Below, piece by piece: positions 1-8,859 of a DNA stretch of 64,000 bases. The position numbers and the translations under genes were made by a program. The notes under the pieces are model-generated. The model did no database searches. It saw nothing but the letters and a program-made list of their open reading frames with translations, and was not told the DNA's origin. The number at the start of each line of letters is the position of its first letter. Position 1 is the first letter of the stretch. Location: IMG/VR virus record IMGVR_UViG_3300017963_000188, positions 62,001-126,000 of that record; one strand, written 5' to 3'.

Positions 1-9
1 TTGGTTCTG

Positions 10-324
10 TCATAACACACAGTCTCCACAGTTGCCTTTACGTTCACAGCTTTCGCAGATCATCCGTCTCACAACCGGAATCTCATGAAGAACCCCTGAT
101 AAAAGCTCTCTACCACGTTCCAAGTTACGAAACTCCAAAGCATACTTTGTGACCATGCTCATTGCTAGATCAAAAGCTTTTTTCAGCTCTTCATTTTCTT
201 CATTGACTCGATCTACCTCTCGAAATGCAATGGCCATTTCGTTATGAGTATAAACTCGTTGCACCTTTTGCTTGCAAGCTTTTATGTGGGCTCTCTTGAG
301 AGTTTCATACTGGTTCATTATCAA
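10..324 (-). CDS. hypothetical protein
   Basis: 104-aa ORF downstream of 328..1581; C-terminal CxxC cluster. Confidence 0.6.
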   Translation of the reverse strand: MIMNQYETLKRAHIKACKQKVQRVYTHNEMAIAFREVDRVNEENEELKKAFDLAMSMVTKYALEFRNLERGRELLSGVLHEIPVVRRMICESCERKGNCGDCVL

Positions 325-327
325 TCC

Positions 328-1581
328 TTACTTGAGTACATGTTTCTTTGTTGAGAACACACCGTCTTCTGGACCTTTCCAATAGGGCTGTATCCACTTC
401 CATTTACGAAGAGAAGATTGAGGTCCATAAGCAACCCTTCTCCAGTGACCAGCTACTTTTACTCGTACCATCAAGCTGTTCCCAACACCCGATTCGTCTC
501 TTTGTTCATCTTCACTACGGTCTACAACAATTCTTTCTCCAAGCAAAAATCTCTTACGGAGATCCATGCCTCGGAGTCTATTTTGAAGGTTCTTACGTTT
601 CTTGTTGTTCCTGCCTTTTATCTTGTCAATACGCTTCATGAGATTAGCCGCTTCACGATTCATTATGATTTCACGACCTTTTTCTACATTGGTAGCGTAC
701 AGTATAGCATTCATAGCCCAACGGAATGGGACAGTCCAATACTCAGCCATTTCCCCAAAAGCATTGAAGTTCTTGTTGTCAAGTTTCATCTCAGAATTCA
801 AAGTCTCAATGATGTCATCAAGACTTTGGCCTGGTACAAGAGAGAGCCTGAAGAATGATAAGGCATCATCTTCTACTTCACCATCACCAATTTTTATTGC
901 TCCTTTTTTTGAACCTACAAGCATGAACCTCCAGGTACGGCAAGTAGGTAAATCAGGTTCATCAAGACGTTCTATAGGATCATTGTGTCGAAGCGTGTAA
1001 TGATATTTTGGGTCTTCTACAATATAGAACCCTTCAAGGTCATGCCAACCAGATTCTTGATTCCATACCTTGAGGTCTGCATTTTTTGGTACTTCTATAT
1101 ATACAGCAGGGTATGGGAGATGGAGGTCATCTGAAGTAAGACCTCTCAGCTCGGTATCTTTAAGGGACTGAGCTAGACCAGGGCTGACTTGGTAGACACG
1201 TTTACCTGCCATGCCATGGCAGGCAAGGTGGTAAATGAGATTGCTTCTAAAATAAGTCTCCAGCATGGGTGTCTCTGGAATCCCAATAGTTGCAGTGAAG
1301 AGTCTGATGTAAGTCTCTACCCCAGCTTTTTTGGCAGCATCTGAAAAGCAGAATGGGTTAGGCTCCATCATTTCTTTTGCTACCAATGTACCCATGTAAT
1401 GTAAGGTTTTGTTGAAGATACCCAAATCATAAGGCTTTACTTCAAGCATAGCAGCCGCAGCAGCTTGGCTAGAAGCATACTCTCGACCCTCAAACTCTTT
1501 TTTCCATTTCTTGTAGGAGTTCAAGAGACGGCTCTTAACAGAGCTTGGGATAGAGCCCATGATTTTTTCGGGGTGGATCAT
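328..1581 (-). CDS. hypothetical phage protein (417 aa)
   Basis: long ORF, AGGAGG SD and promoter cassette upstream; C-terminal VAGHWR...WIQPYWKGP motif. Confidence 0.8.
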   Translation of the reverse strand: MIHPEKIMGSIPSSVKSRLLNSYKKWKKEFEGREYASSQAAAAAMLEVKPYDLGIFNKTLHYMGTLVAKEMMEPNPFCFSDAAKKAGVETYIRLFTATIGIPETPMLETYFRSNLIYHLACHGMAGKRVYQVSPGLAQSLKDTELRGLTSDDLHLPYPAVYIEVPKNADLKVWNQESGWHDLEGFYIVEDPKYHYTLRHNDPIERLDEPDLPTCRTWRFMLVGSKKGAIKIGDGEVEDDALSFFRLSLVPGQSLDDIIETLNSEMKLDNKNFNAFGEMAEYWTVPFRWAMNAILYATNVEKGREIIMNREAANLMKRIDKIKGRNNKKRKNLQNRLRGMDLRKRFLLGERIVVDRSEDEQRDESGVGNSLMVRVKVAGHWRRVAYGPQSSLRKWKWIQPYWKGPEDGVFSTKKHVLK

Positions 1582-1595
1582 TCGTACCTCCTACA

Positions 1596-1623
1596 ATTCT
1601 ATACCGAGAAATTTGATTTTTTT
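1596..1623 (-). promoter_or_regulatory. class A promoter cassette (A-tract-N11-CGGTATAGAAT-AGGAGG)
   Basis: same layout as copies at 18609, 39604, 40248, 41672, 42389. Confidence 0.65.
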
Positions 1624-1660
1624 GTAGAAAAAATATATAAATCTGTAATGTCAGTAGGAG

Positions 1661-1912
1661 GTGACTATGTGGGGCAAGCCAGTAGTGAAACAAATAAAGA
1701 CTGAAGGTTGTGAAATTTCAGTCACTTTCATGATCCAACCACATGACCATGACATTGTGATACCAAAAGGTACTGAGCTACAATCCACCCAATATGACAT
1801 GGCCTATGTACTACCTGAAGATATCGTGATACGATGTGAGCCAGAAACTTTACCTTGGTACAAACGTATTTGGTATCACCTCAAAAAGATATGGAGCTGG
1901 ATATGGGACTAG
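1661..1912 (+). CDS. hypothetical protein
   Basis: 83 aa, GGAGG SD; DIVIPKGT resembles a baseplate-J-type motif (weak). Confidence 0.6.
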   Translation: MTMWGKPVVKQIKTEGCEISVTFMIQPHDHDIVIPKGTELQSTQYDMAYVLPEDIVIRCEPETLPWYKRIWYHLKKIWSWIWD

Positions 1913-2274
1913 AGCCTGGTAAAGAACTCAACATAATGATCGCAAAAGAAGTGCTAAAACAAACTCCATGTGATCAATGGTATGTCCAGCATCATTACCC
2001 AGCCGTGTATATGTCAGACTGTGGTCATAACGGTACTTGTTACCCAGCCAAATATGGCCCTCCAGAATATTCTACCAATCACAATGCTGCTTTCTATATC
2101 TTGGAGCACCTGAATAAACAGGGTATCTTTGTCAACATTAGGCAAGAATTTGAAGATGGTTCTTTTAAGGAATGGGTCATCACCAGACTTGGAGAACCAA
2201 AGATCGACATCACAGTGACAGCATCTTCTCTTCCATATGCAATTTGTCTTTTTGCTCTAGAGATGTGCCTGTAA
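1903..2274 (+). CDS. phage ABA-sandwich-like small protein
   Basis: LNIMIAKEV...PPEYSTNHNAA...LPYAICLFAL pattern; start moved to ATG 1903. Confidence 0.55.
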   Translation: MGLEPGKELNIMIAKEVLKQTPCDQWYVQHHYPAVYMSDCGHNGTCYPAKYGPPEYSTNHNAAFYILEHLNKQGIFVNIRQEFEDGSFKEWVITRLGEPKIDITVTASSLPYAICLFALEMCL

Positions 2275-2295
2275 TCTATTTATATTCCATCTAGA
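2273..2295 (+). promoter_or_regulatory. class B upstream motif (AATCTATTTATATT...CTAGA)
   Basis: 14-mer identical to minus-strand 13611..13624. Confidence 0.5.
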
Positions 2296-2324
2296 TTAGT
2301 GAACTTTAATTCTGAGGTGGAATC

Positions 2325-3200
2325 ATGCCTAGTCCTGAAATAGCAGAACAAAATAAAGAAATAGCAGAACTTTCAAAACTCACTGGTATCAAACATAATA
2401 CAGGTACTGGTCAGGGAAATGAAGTTCTCTATGTTGATTTTGAAAAACCAGAAAGGATCGGATTCATTGAATTTGGTTTTGATCTCAAAACAGGAGCTTT
2501 TGGTGGTGCCGTGATCTACTACTCAGAAGACAAAGCCTTAGTGATTGAAGACATGCCAGAAGGTGCTTCAACTAAAGAAAAGGCTAGGTGGATTAAGGAT
2601 AAAGTCAACGAATGGACTAGTCAATATTTCGAAGGTTTAAAGTCTTCTTCACAGCTCAGGAAACTGGCTAGAAGCATTATTGGATATCGTATCAAAGACC
2701 TCCCTGACAATGCTTTTGAAGGTCATTACATTGGTTACAAGGGTGAAGATTTCATCAATTTTGATGACACATACCAGTTAGGTCTTGGTCATCCAGCTTT
2801 TGGTGGAGAGCATGAAGAGGATTGGACTGTCAGTGAAGAACTTGAAGAGATTGGAGCTGACACCACTAAACTAAATGCTATCTGGGAAAAACATCTCGGT
2901 AAACTCCATGATGCTTTTATTAAAGATTCTCTATACGATGGGACTACATATCAGGTTGTTCCAAATTTTGATGTATCAGGTTTTGACTATGCTTCACAGG
3001 ATGGTGGGTATTGGGTAGCAAACATTTCTGTTGATTTTGATGCAAAACCAAATCTTGAATCTACTGACATTGACCAAATCACACATCATCTAGATGATGT
3101 GGGATCAAGACTTGTGAGCAGAATGAAAGATTTGGCTACGGAACTTAATAGAGAATTTGACAGGCTTGGTGTGGAATTCAGATCTGAGGTTTGGTCTTAA
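2325..3200 (+). CDS. two-domain hypothetical protein with internal SSQLRKLARSI motif
   Basis: 291-aa ORF, GAGG SD. Confidence 0.8.
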   Translation: MPSPEIAEQNKEIAELSKLTGIKHNTGTGQGNEVLYVDFEKPERIGFIEFGFDLKTGAFGGAVIYYSEDKALVIEDMPEGASTKEKARWIKDKVNEWTSQYFEGLKSSSQLRKLARSIIGYRIKDLPDNAFEGHYIGYKGEDFINFDDTYQLGLGHPAFGGEHEEDWTVSEELEEIGADTTKLNAIWEKHLGKLHDAFIKDSLYDGTTYQVVPNFDVSGFDYASQDGGYWVANISVDFDAKPNLESTDIDQITHHLDDVGSRLVSRMKDLATELNREFDRLGVEFRSEVWS

Positions 3201-3607
3201 TGTATCGTTACGCTGATGAACATGACGATTTCGAGAAGATTTGGGGAGATTGGGATCGTGAACTAAAATCAAGAGGTTTTAGTCTAGCTAAACCCTGGAG
3301 TGGCGAGTGGGAGGTCGAAGGTAGACCTTGGGTGAAGGAACGTGGGAACATCCAGATTTGGGTCTATGTTGTGCCTCAGTGGGATCAGCAAGAAGTCATG
3401 GGTCGTGTGAAGAAACATCATTCAATCTATGGTCACATACAACTAAGACGAGTTCTAGATAGATTTGAACTCAAACCTAGATCACTTAGCAGTCTTCGTA
3501 ATATGAAAAGTAAGGGTCTTGAAAAGGTAGATTACTATCTAGAACAAATGGAAACAGGACTCCCCGATCTTAAAAAGTCCTCTCAGTCTTTTTCTTGGTA
3601 TTTCTGA
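3200..3607 (+). CDS. hypothetical protein with MYRY N-terminus
   Basis: TAATG coupling to upstream gene gives start 3200. Confidence 0.75.
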   Translation: MYRYADEHDDFEKIWGDWDRELKSRGFSLAKPWSGEWEVEGRPWVKERGNIQIWVYVVPQWDQQEVMGRVKKHHSIYGHIQLRRVLDRFELKPRSLSSLRNMKSKGLEKVDYYLEQMETGLPDLKKSSQSFSWYF

Positions 3608-3780
3608 AACACTGTTCTAATATCATTCCCTATAGCTTCCCAGTCACTATGCAGAGCCTCAGCATCTTTCTCCCACCACGGTCTGTTATCTATATTATGG
3701 GAACTGAGGGTGCTACCAAGATCAAGAGTGTGTGCCATTCCTTGCAGAAAGCTTTTCAACATGTTCTTTATATAACGCAT
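3583..3780 (-). CDS. small hypothetical protein
   Basis: 65-aa ORF at end of minus-strand run. Confidence 0.55.
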   Translation of the reverse strand: MRYIKNMLKSFLQGMAHTLDLGSTLSSHNIDNRPWWEKDAEALHSDWEAIGNDIRTVFQKYQEKD

Positions 3781-4057
3781 CTAATCTCTCATTTGCTTTT
3801 CGCATCATTTGGTCTCGTTCATGAGTAGCATCTTCTCTGTAATAGTTTACATCCCATCCACGACTAGTGCAAATCCAGAACTTACCTCCAAATCCAAGTA
3901 GTCCCTGAAATCTCCATTCTGAAACCCCACCCCACAGACAATCATCTTTGATATGATGACTTACAAACATGTCTCTCCACATGTCAGAATCATTTGCACC
4001 ACATTCCTCCACCAACACATCATAAACCTTGTTGGCCATTTCCTTGGTCATTGTCAT
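3722..4057 (-). CDS. hypothetical protein
   Basis: 111 aa, ATGA-coupled; EWRFQGLLGFGGKFW motif. Confidence 0.7.
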   Translation of the reverse strand: MTMTKEMANKVYDVLVEECGANDSDMWRDMFVSHHIKDDCLWGGVSEWRFQGLLGFGGKFWICTSRGWDVNYYREDATHERDQMMRKANERLDALYKEHVEKLSARNGTHS

Positions 4058-4353
4058 GTCACATTCCTTAGTATTTTAACAGGAGTCTTAGAACATATTG
4101 TCCAACCTGGAAGACCTGATTCTACGATCTCTTTTATCGTAGCAAATCTATTATTGGTGTCTACAGGCCAAGGGATGATACCTTCTCTATTTGAATTCTC
4201 ATCCCAAGAGTCTAGATATTCTACTGCTTCTTTCTCTGAAGGGAATGTGCAAGCAGCCGGTTGGCCTACAGAATCAAGTAGTGACCAAAACCCCAATCCC
4301 AAAGCCCCTCCAAGATATACTCCCATCTCTTTATGGTAGAGTACATATCTCAT
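4054..4353 (-). CDS. hypothetical protein
   Basis: 99 aa, coupled to both neighbours. Confidence 0.7.
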   Translation of the reverse strand: MRYVLYHKEMGVYLGGALGLGFWSLLDSVGQPAACTFPSEKEAVEYLDSWDENSNREGIIPWPVDTNNRFATIKEIVESGLPGWTICSKTPVKILRNVT

Positions 4354-4790
4354 GATTCGAGTTCGTTCCTATCCAGTTTGGACATCACTTTGAGGGATGA
4401 TATTATGAAGTTTGTTTCCTCATCTTCTGTTTCTGGCTCAATGATATGACATACTGCTTTTGTATTCTTGATTCTGGTTTGGATGTGTTTTGGAAGTTCT
4501 TTCCATTTCTGACCTTCAAGAGTTGTGAGAAGTTTCAATCCAGTAAGTGGGTATTCTCCTGCAACAAAATCCTTTACGGCACACAAACGTTCAGTCCCCA
4601 TAAGCATTACCATGGGTTCACTCTGACTCATCCTTCTGGCATAAAATGGTGGGAGGGGAATTCTGAGTAAAATGCATTCGATGACTCTGGATCGAATTTG
4701 ATCCAACATGGGAGTCTCATCTGGCAATTTGACATTCTTAATCACAGACCAAACTGTGGTATCTTTACTGGGCATCTTTATATATGGCAT
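4350..4790 (-). CDS. degenerate DUF262 (GmrSD/ParB-like) domain protein
   Basis: SRVIECILLRIPLPPFY and YPLTGLKLL...GQKWKELP; DGxQR replaced by MGTER. Confidence 0.6.
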   Translation of the reverse strand: MPYIKMPSKDTTVWSVIKNVKLPDETPMLDQIRSRVIECILLRIPLPPFYARRMSQSEPMVMLMGTERLCAVKDFVAGEYPLTGLKLLTTLEGQKWKELPKHIQTRIKNTKAVCHIIEPETEDEETNFIISSLKVMSKLDRNELES

Positions 4791-4800
4791 ACATAACTCC

Positions 4801-5073
4801 TTACTTTAGTTTCTTCTTGATCTTACCAAGGTGAGAAACTTTTATGACACTCAACACATAAATTCCATGAGCAAGAACTACTGCTAACCCCTCAAGCTCT
4901 TGGATATCAACCCCTTTCTCTTCTGCTTTCTTCACTGATTTCTTTCCGACATGGTATACAACTTTACCCCCTCGTTGTCGATATGCTTTTCCCCAATCCA
5001 TTGCAAGGAAGATACTCTTAGGATCAACCCCTCGTTGCTGGCACCTCCTTAACGCATGATTTGTCCAAATCAT
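4801..5073 (-). CDS. DUF4258-like protein
   Basis: N-terminal TNHALRRCQQRGV motif. Confidence 0.55.
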   Translation of the reverse strand: MIWTNHALRRCQQRGVDPKSIFLAMDWGKAYRQRGGKVVYHVGKKSVKKAEEKGVDIQELEGLAVVLAHGIYVLSVIKVSHLGKIKKKLK

Positions 5074-5539
5074 TTTTCACCTCCAGGTTCATTTTTAGAC
5101 TTCTCCTCCAAAGTTTACGATCATGTTGGGTCTTGAATATCACGAAATGATTTTCAATATCCCACCATCCAATTATCTCACCATCCCATTCATGTTGAGG
5201 ATGGTAAGAAGACCTAATTTCAGTTCTGTCCTTTGTATGACATTCTTGTGTGTTACCACTATAATGAGATTTAAAGAGATGCTCTGCCACAGAAAACATC
5301 TTTTCAGGACCAAAGAAATAAGCCTTGGCTCCATCATCAGTTGTGATAGGAAGGCTAATTCCTTCTAGATTTTTCATTGCTTTCAGAGCTTTGGGTAGTG
5401 CTCCCCATTCAAATTCAGCACTGCCCATATAATCAAATTCAAAGTATTGATCTACACCCTTTTTACCCTTCTTTGATGACCTTTTTTTGATTCGTTGGAC
5501 AAGAAATGATTTCATTTGACCCTCAATTCTGAACATCAA
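5024..5539 (-). CDS. hypothetical protein
   Basis: 171 aa; FDYMGSAEFEWGALP motif. Confidence 0.7.
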   Translation of the reverse strand: MMFRIEGQMKSFLVQRIKKRSSKKGKKGVDQYFEFDYMGSAEFEWGALPKALKAMKNLEGISLPITTDDGAKAYFFGPEKMFSVAEHLFKSHYSGNTQECHTKDRTEIRSSYHPQHEWDGEIIGWWDIENHFVIFKTQHDRKLWRRSLKMNLEVKNDLDKSCVKEVPATRG

Positions 5540-5981
5540 TTACTTCTGGTTCAACATCAAAAACATCCCTGACGTACTGGATACCTTTTCCTTTCTGCAC
5601 CTCAAATTTCATAGTCATAGGATCTTCAGAAACCGAGGGAGGGAATGGACATGGGCAAGTAGTGTGGATAAAGACTGTATCAGTACCATGACTAATGAGA
5701 ACTGAAATCTTCCTGACTCCAATCAGAAGTTTGAAGCCACGTTTCTCTTTCACCTTCTCATAGACCTTATCCTGAATGTCATGAGGCCACAGATTCTCAG
5801 GCCAACCTGCATCTTCAGGGAAGTCAACAGTGCTGCTATGCATGAAGGTTTCGATGTTGTGCTTACAGATATAGTCAGCCATACCCTCAACATCATTGGC
5901 ATGGAAGGTTGTAGTAGCATCACCATTTTTGAAGAGAAAGACAGGTTCACCATCTTGTAGGTCTATGGTCATAAAGTACAT
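5523..5981 (-). CDS. hypothetical protein
   Basis: 152 aa, GAGGAGG SD. Confidence 0.7.
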   Translation of the reverse strand: MYFMTIDLQDGEPVFLFKNGDATTTFHANDVEGMADYICKHNIETFMHSSTVDFPEDAGWPENLWPHDIQDKVYEKVKEKRGFKLLIGVRKISVLISHGTDTVFIHTTCPCPFPPSVSEDPMTMKFEVQKGKGIQYVRDVFDVEPEVIDVQN

Positions 5982-6016
5982 GAATCCTCCTCAACCTTCA
6001 CAAAAAGGTTCTATTT

Positions 6017-6043
6017 ACTTATACCGAGAGAATCTGTGTTTTT
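6017..6043 (-). promoter_or_regulatory. class A promoter
   Basis: AAAAAC-N11-CGGTATAAGT upstream of 5981. Confidence 0.55.
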
Positions 6044-6231
6044 AAAGTAAAGATTTTTTAAAATGGGTGAGGACCATTTCTAGTTTTTTTCCATCTATAT
6101 CCCGACATAGATTTCCCATATTTAGCATAATAGGTTCGGTCTATTAGATACAGAATGGTATAGGCTTCCTGATCGGAAATGGAGTGTGGTGAAAAGTAAT
6201 GTATAAGGTCAAGGATGGTTTTGATAGATAG

Positions 6232-6510
6232 TCAGCTCAACTTGTCCTTCAAAGTATTGCTGGCCTTGAATGCGATACTCTTACTGGCTTTCACCTTGAT
6301 AGTTTCACCAGTCTTGGGGTTACGAGCCTTACGAGCATTACGTTGTCGAAGTCTGAATGTTCCGAACCCACTTACAGTGAACTTACCATCTTTCACTGTC
6401 TGCTCTGTCAGCAGCTCAAAAGTCTTGTTGAAGATTTCCTCCATGTCTTTCTTGGTCACTTCCAGCCCGGTCTTCTCCAGTAGCTGCTCGACGAATTCCT
6501 TTTTGGTCAT
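6232..6510 (-). CDS. hup: HU family DNA-binding protein
   Basis: MTKKEFVE...GFGTF...RKARNPKTGETIKV...AFKAS; SD GAGG before ATG 6510. Confidence 0.92.
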   Translation of the reverse strand: MTKKEFVEQLLEKTGLEVTKKDMEEIFNKTFELLTEQTVKDGKFTVSGFGTFRLRQRNARKARNPKTGETIKVKASKSIAFKASNTLKDKLS

Positions 6511-6621
6511 TTCTTTCCTCCTTTGTGGTTTCGTCACATCACATAGCTACAACACATAACCATACTACTCTACAAAATGTTTAGAAAAAGTAAAGATATT
6601 TTTTTAATACTGTGAGTAGAT

Positions 6622-6807
6622 ATGAAAGTTCTAGAACACATAGCTATGCTACCCCATCAATGTGATACCTGTGAAGACTCAATCAAAATATTTTCTAAAT
6701 ACTATAAAGTTATCAGTGAGATACGTAATGGTGTGTTCTTTATCTTATGCCCTAAATGTTGGGAAAAGGCTTTAGAAAGTCTATATAAACGTCATCAGAA
6801 GTCTTAA
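6622..6807 (+). CDS. small Cys-rich protein
   Basis: 61 aa, two CxxC. Confidence 0.5.
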   Translation: MKVLEHIAMLPHQCDTCEDSIKIFSKYYKVISEIRNGVFFILCPKCWEKALESLYKRHQKS

Positions 6808-7040
6808 CTTTTTGCCCATGTTTCTGCAAAATGTTGAGCATGGTCATGCAACCCATTCCTCAGATATTCAGAGATTTGACGAGCATCTTTCAATCTCCAT
6901 CGGTTCACTTTTTGATAGCTGATGATCTCTACAGGTTGATCACTGCACTTTGGGCATTTGATTTTATGCCCCCACCATTTGGACAGGAAATAGTGATTGC
7001 AAGAAGAGCAATAGAGTACATGACGTGTATTATCACTCAT
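6804..7040 (-). CDS. zinc-ribbon hypothetical protein
   Basis: 78 aa, two CxxC, GGAG SD. Confidence 0.6.
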   Translation of the reverse strand: MSDNTRHVLYCSSCNHYFLSKWWGHKIKCPKCSDQPVEIISYQKVNRWRLKDARQISEYLRNGLHDHAQHFAETWAKS

Positions 7041-7160
7041 ACCCTCTCCATCGTCTATATTTTATCACTAGCCATTGTAATCCCAAACAAACAGCTAACC
7101 AGATAATCATAATCCAAAAAGGGACTATGATGTAATTGAATAACCATTTTAATGTTTCCA

Positions 7161-7385
7161 TCACTTCTCCAATCGTTCAAACATCTTTTTATATTCTTCC
7201 CTTACCTCCTTTGTGTAAGGCCAACAAGGACCATCTTCTGGGTGGTCTTTTTCCCAGGCACGAGCACATACGGGACATGGTATTTCCCAGTACCCATAAT
7301 CATCAAGCTCACCTCTACCAAAGGTAAGACTATCATCCATAGCTGAAGAGATTCTGCAATCATGATGTCCGCATTTGCTCATCAT
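7161..7385 (-). CDS. small hypothetical protein
   Basis: 74 aa, Cys/His-rich. Confidence 0.6.
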   Translation of the reverse strand: MMSKCGHHDCRISSAMDDSLTFGRGELDDYGYWEIPCPVCARAWEKDHPEDGPCWPYTKEVREEYKKMFERLEK

Positions 7386-7440
7386 ATATCTCCTTACACT
7401 TGGGACAGCAATGACTCAAATGATCGTGGGCAACGATACA

Positions 7441-7755
7441 TTATTCCTCCCACTCTAGAAGAACCCAAACCGCACCATCTACAACTCGACTGGAATAGTC
7501 AAAAAACTGCTCTGAACCTCTTTCTCTGATTATCCAGTCATGCATCCGATCTTCCATGAACGCATTGCGAAGATGCATGGGATTATATGGGAGTATTGGT
7601 GGTGTATCTGGATCAGTCTCTGTATAAAGTGTCCATATCCGAAGAGGCCATGTCTCAAATGGGTAAGGCACTAGTGGAACTTTGTTCACCATCCCACCTT
7701 GATCTTCACCAGGGGGCATCCACATCAGTTCTTGTCGCATCACAACCTCCTCCAT
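7441..7755 (-). CDS. hypothetical protein
   Basis: 104-aa ORF. Confidence 0.55.
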   Translation of the reverse strand: MEEVVMRQELMWMPPGEDQGGMVNKVPLVPYPFETWPLRIWTLYTETDPDTPPILPYNPMHLRNAFMEDRMHDWIIRERGSEQFFDYSSRVVDGAVWVLLEWEE

Positions 7756-7766
7756 GATCTATACCG

Positions 7767-8213
7767 ATGATTTCCAATTTTTTAAACAAGATTATTTCCT
7801 GGTACAATTTAAAGAGGAGGTTAGTCATGAGAGGATTAGAATTTTGCAAAGAAGGTGGGAGTTACCAAGTCTATCTTGATGGGGACCTATTTTATGAAGC
7901 TGATGAAATAGCCATAGCTGTTGATTTTGACCCAGAGTACAAGACAAGTGTAGCTCATAAGCATGGGTCTGAAAAAGACGTTTCCCAATGGATCAGCAAG
8001 ACCAGAGAAGCATTTAGGTCAAAAGGATTCAATGATTATGCAGATCGTCTCATCATGATCAGTAGTGACAATTGGGATCTGGAAACATTGAATAGAATAT
8101 GGAATTGTACCGGATCTATCAACCAGTTCTTGAAGGAAAGTGGGATTACAACCGAGGACCTAAACCATTGTGGAGAGGCTGTGCCTGGATTTCAGGGTGT
8201 TCCTCTAATTTAG
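7767..8213 (+). CDS. hypothetical protein
   Basis: 148-aa ORF; probable start at internal MRGLEF after GAGGAGG. Confidence 0.6.
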   Translation: MISNFLNKIISWYNLKRRLVMRGLEFCKEGGSYQVYLDGDLFYEADEIAIAVDFDPEYKTSVAHKHGSEKDVSQWISKTREAFRSKGFNDYADRLIMISSDNWDLETLNRIWNCTGSINQFLKESGITTEDLNHCGEAVPGFQGVPLI

Positions 8214-8376
8214 TATAGATCCTATCAGCAGCACTTTGAATCTGGTCGAATGGACCAGCATAGCCTTTCCTCACCAGCTCTTGCATCAAGAACTGGCTAT
8301 CAACCAGAAAGTCCTGCCGACGTTCAGCCATCCCAATGAACATTCTATATATTTCCGTCTCTATGTCTTTAACCAT
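8146..8376 (-). CDS. hypothetical protein
   Basis: 76 aa, GGAGG SD. Confidence 0.5.
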   Translation of the reverse strand: MVKDIETEIYRMFIGMAERRQDFLVDSQFLMQELVRKGYAGPFDQIQSAADRIYTKLEEHPEIQAQPLHNGLGPRL

Positions 8377-8477
8377 GGCAAACCTCCATAGTTCTATACT
8401 CTAAGTATACACTATACTTATCATCTAATCTAGAACTTTGGTTAAGATTTGCAATAATTTTTTTTAATTAGCTGAGA

Positions 8478-8765
8478 TTATTCAGAAATCTGTACCCAAC
8501 TTTCCCCCTTTTCAAGCCTCCATTTCTCACCATCTTTCTCCAAAGTGACGGTATCAGGACTCAAAAGGTTAGGTGGTTCAAGACCATTACAGAATTCTAG
8601 AAATACTCCTGGGACAATTTCTTGAGTTCCTTCTGGACAGGTGACAAGTTCTCCCAGCATCTTTTCTGCTGTTTCCATTGCCTCTTCCACCCCAAGGGAC
8701 TCTTTGATCTTCACCGACTCTGTTATCTTAGCAGCCAGTTTCCTTAAATGCTCTGATGGTTTCAT
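8478..8765 (-). CDS. hypothetical protein with SEHLRKLAAKI leader
   Basis: 95 aa, GAGGTG SD. Confidence 0.7.
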   Translation of the reverse strand: MKPSEHLRKLAAKITESVKIKESLGVEEAMETAEKMLGELVTCPEGTQEIVPGVFLEFCNGLEPPNLLSPDTVTLEKDGEKWRLEKGESWVQISE

Positions 8766-8859
8766 TAGTCACCTCTCATTTCTATTATACTCAAGATACA
8801 AAATTTTTATCTACAAATTTCTGGTTTTGTCCGGTATATATGGTTTGAGGAGGTGTGAC

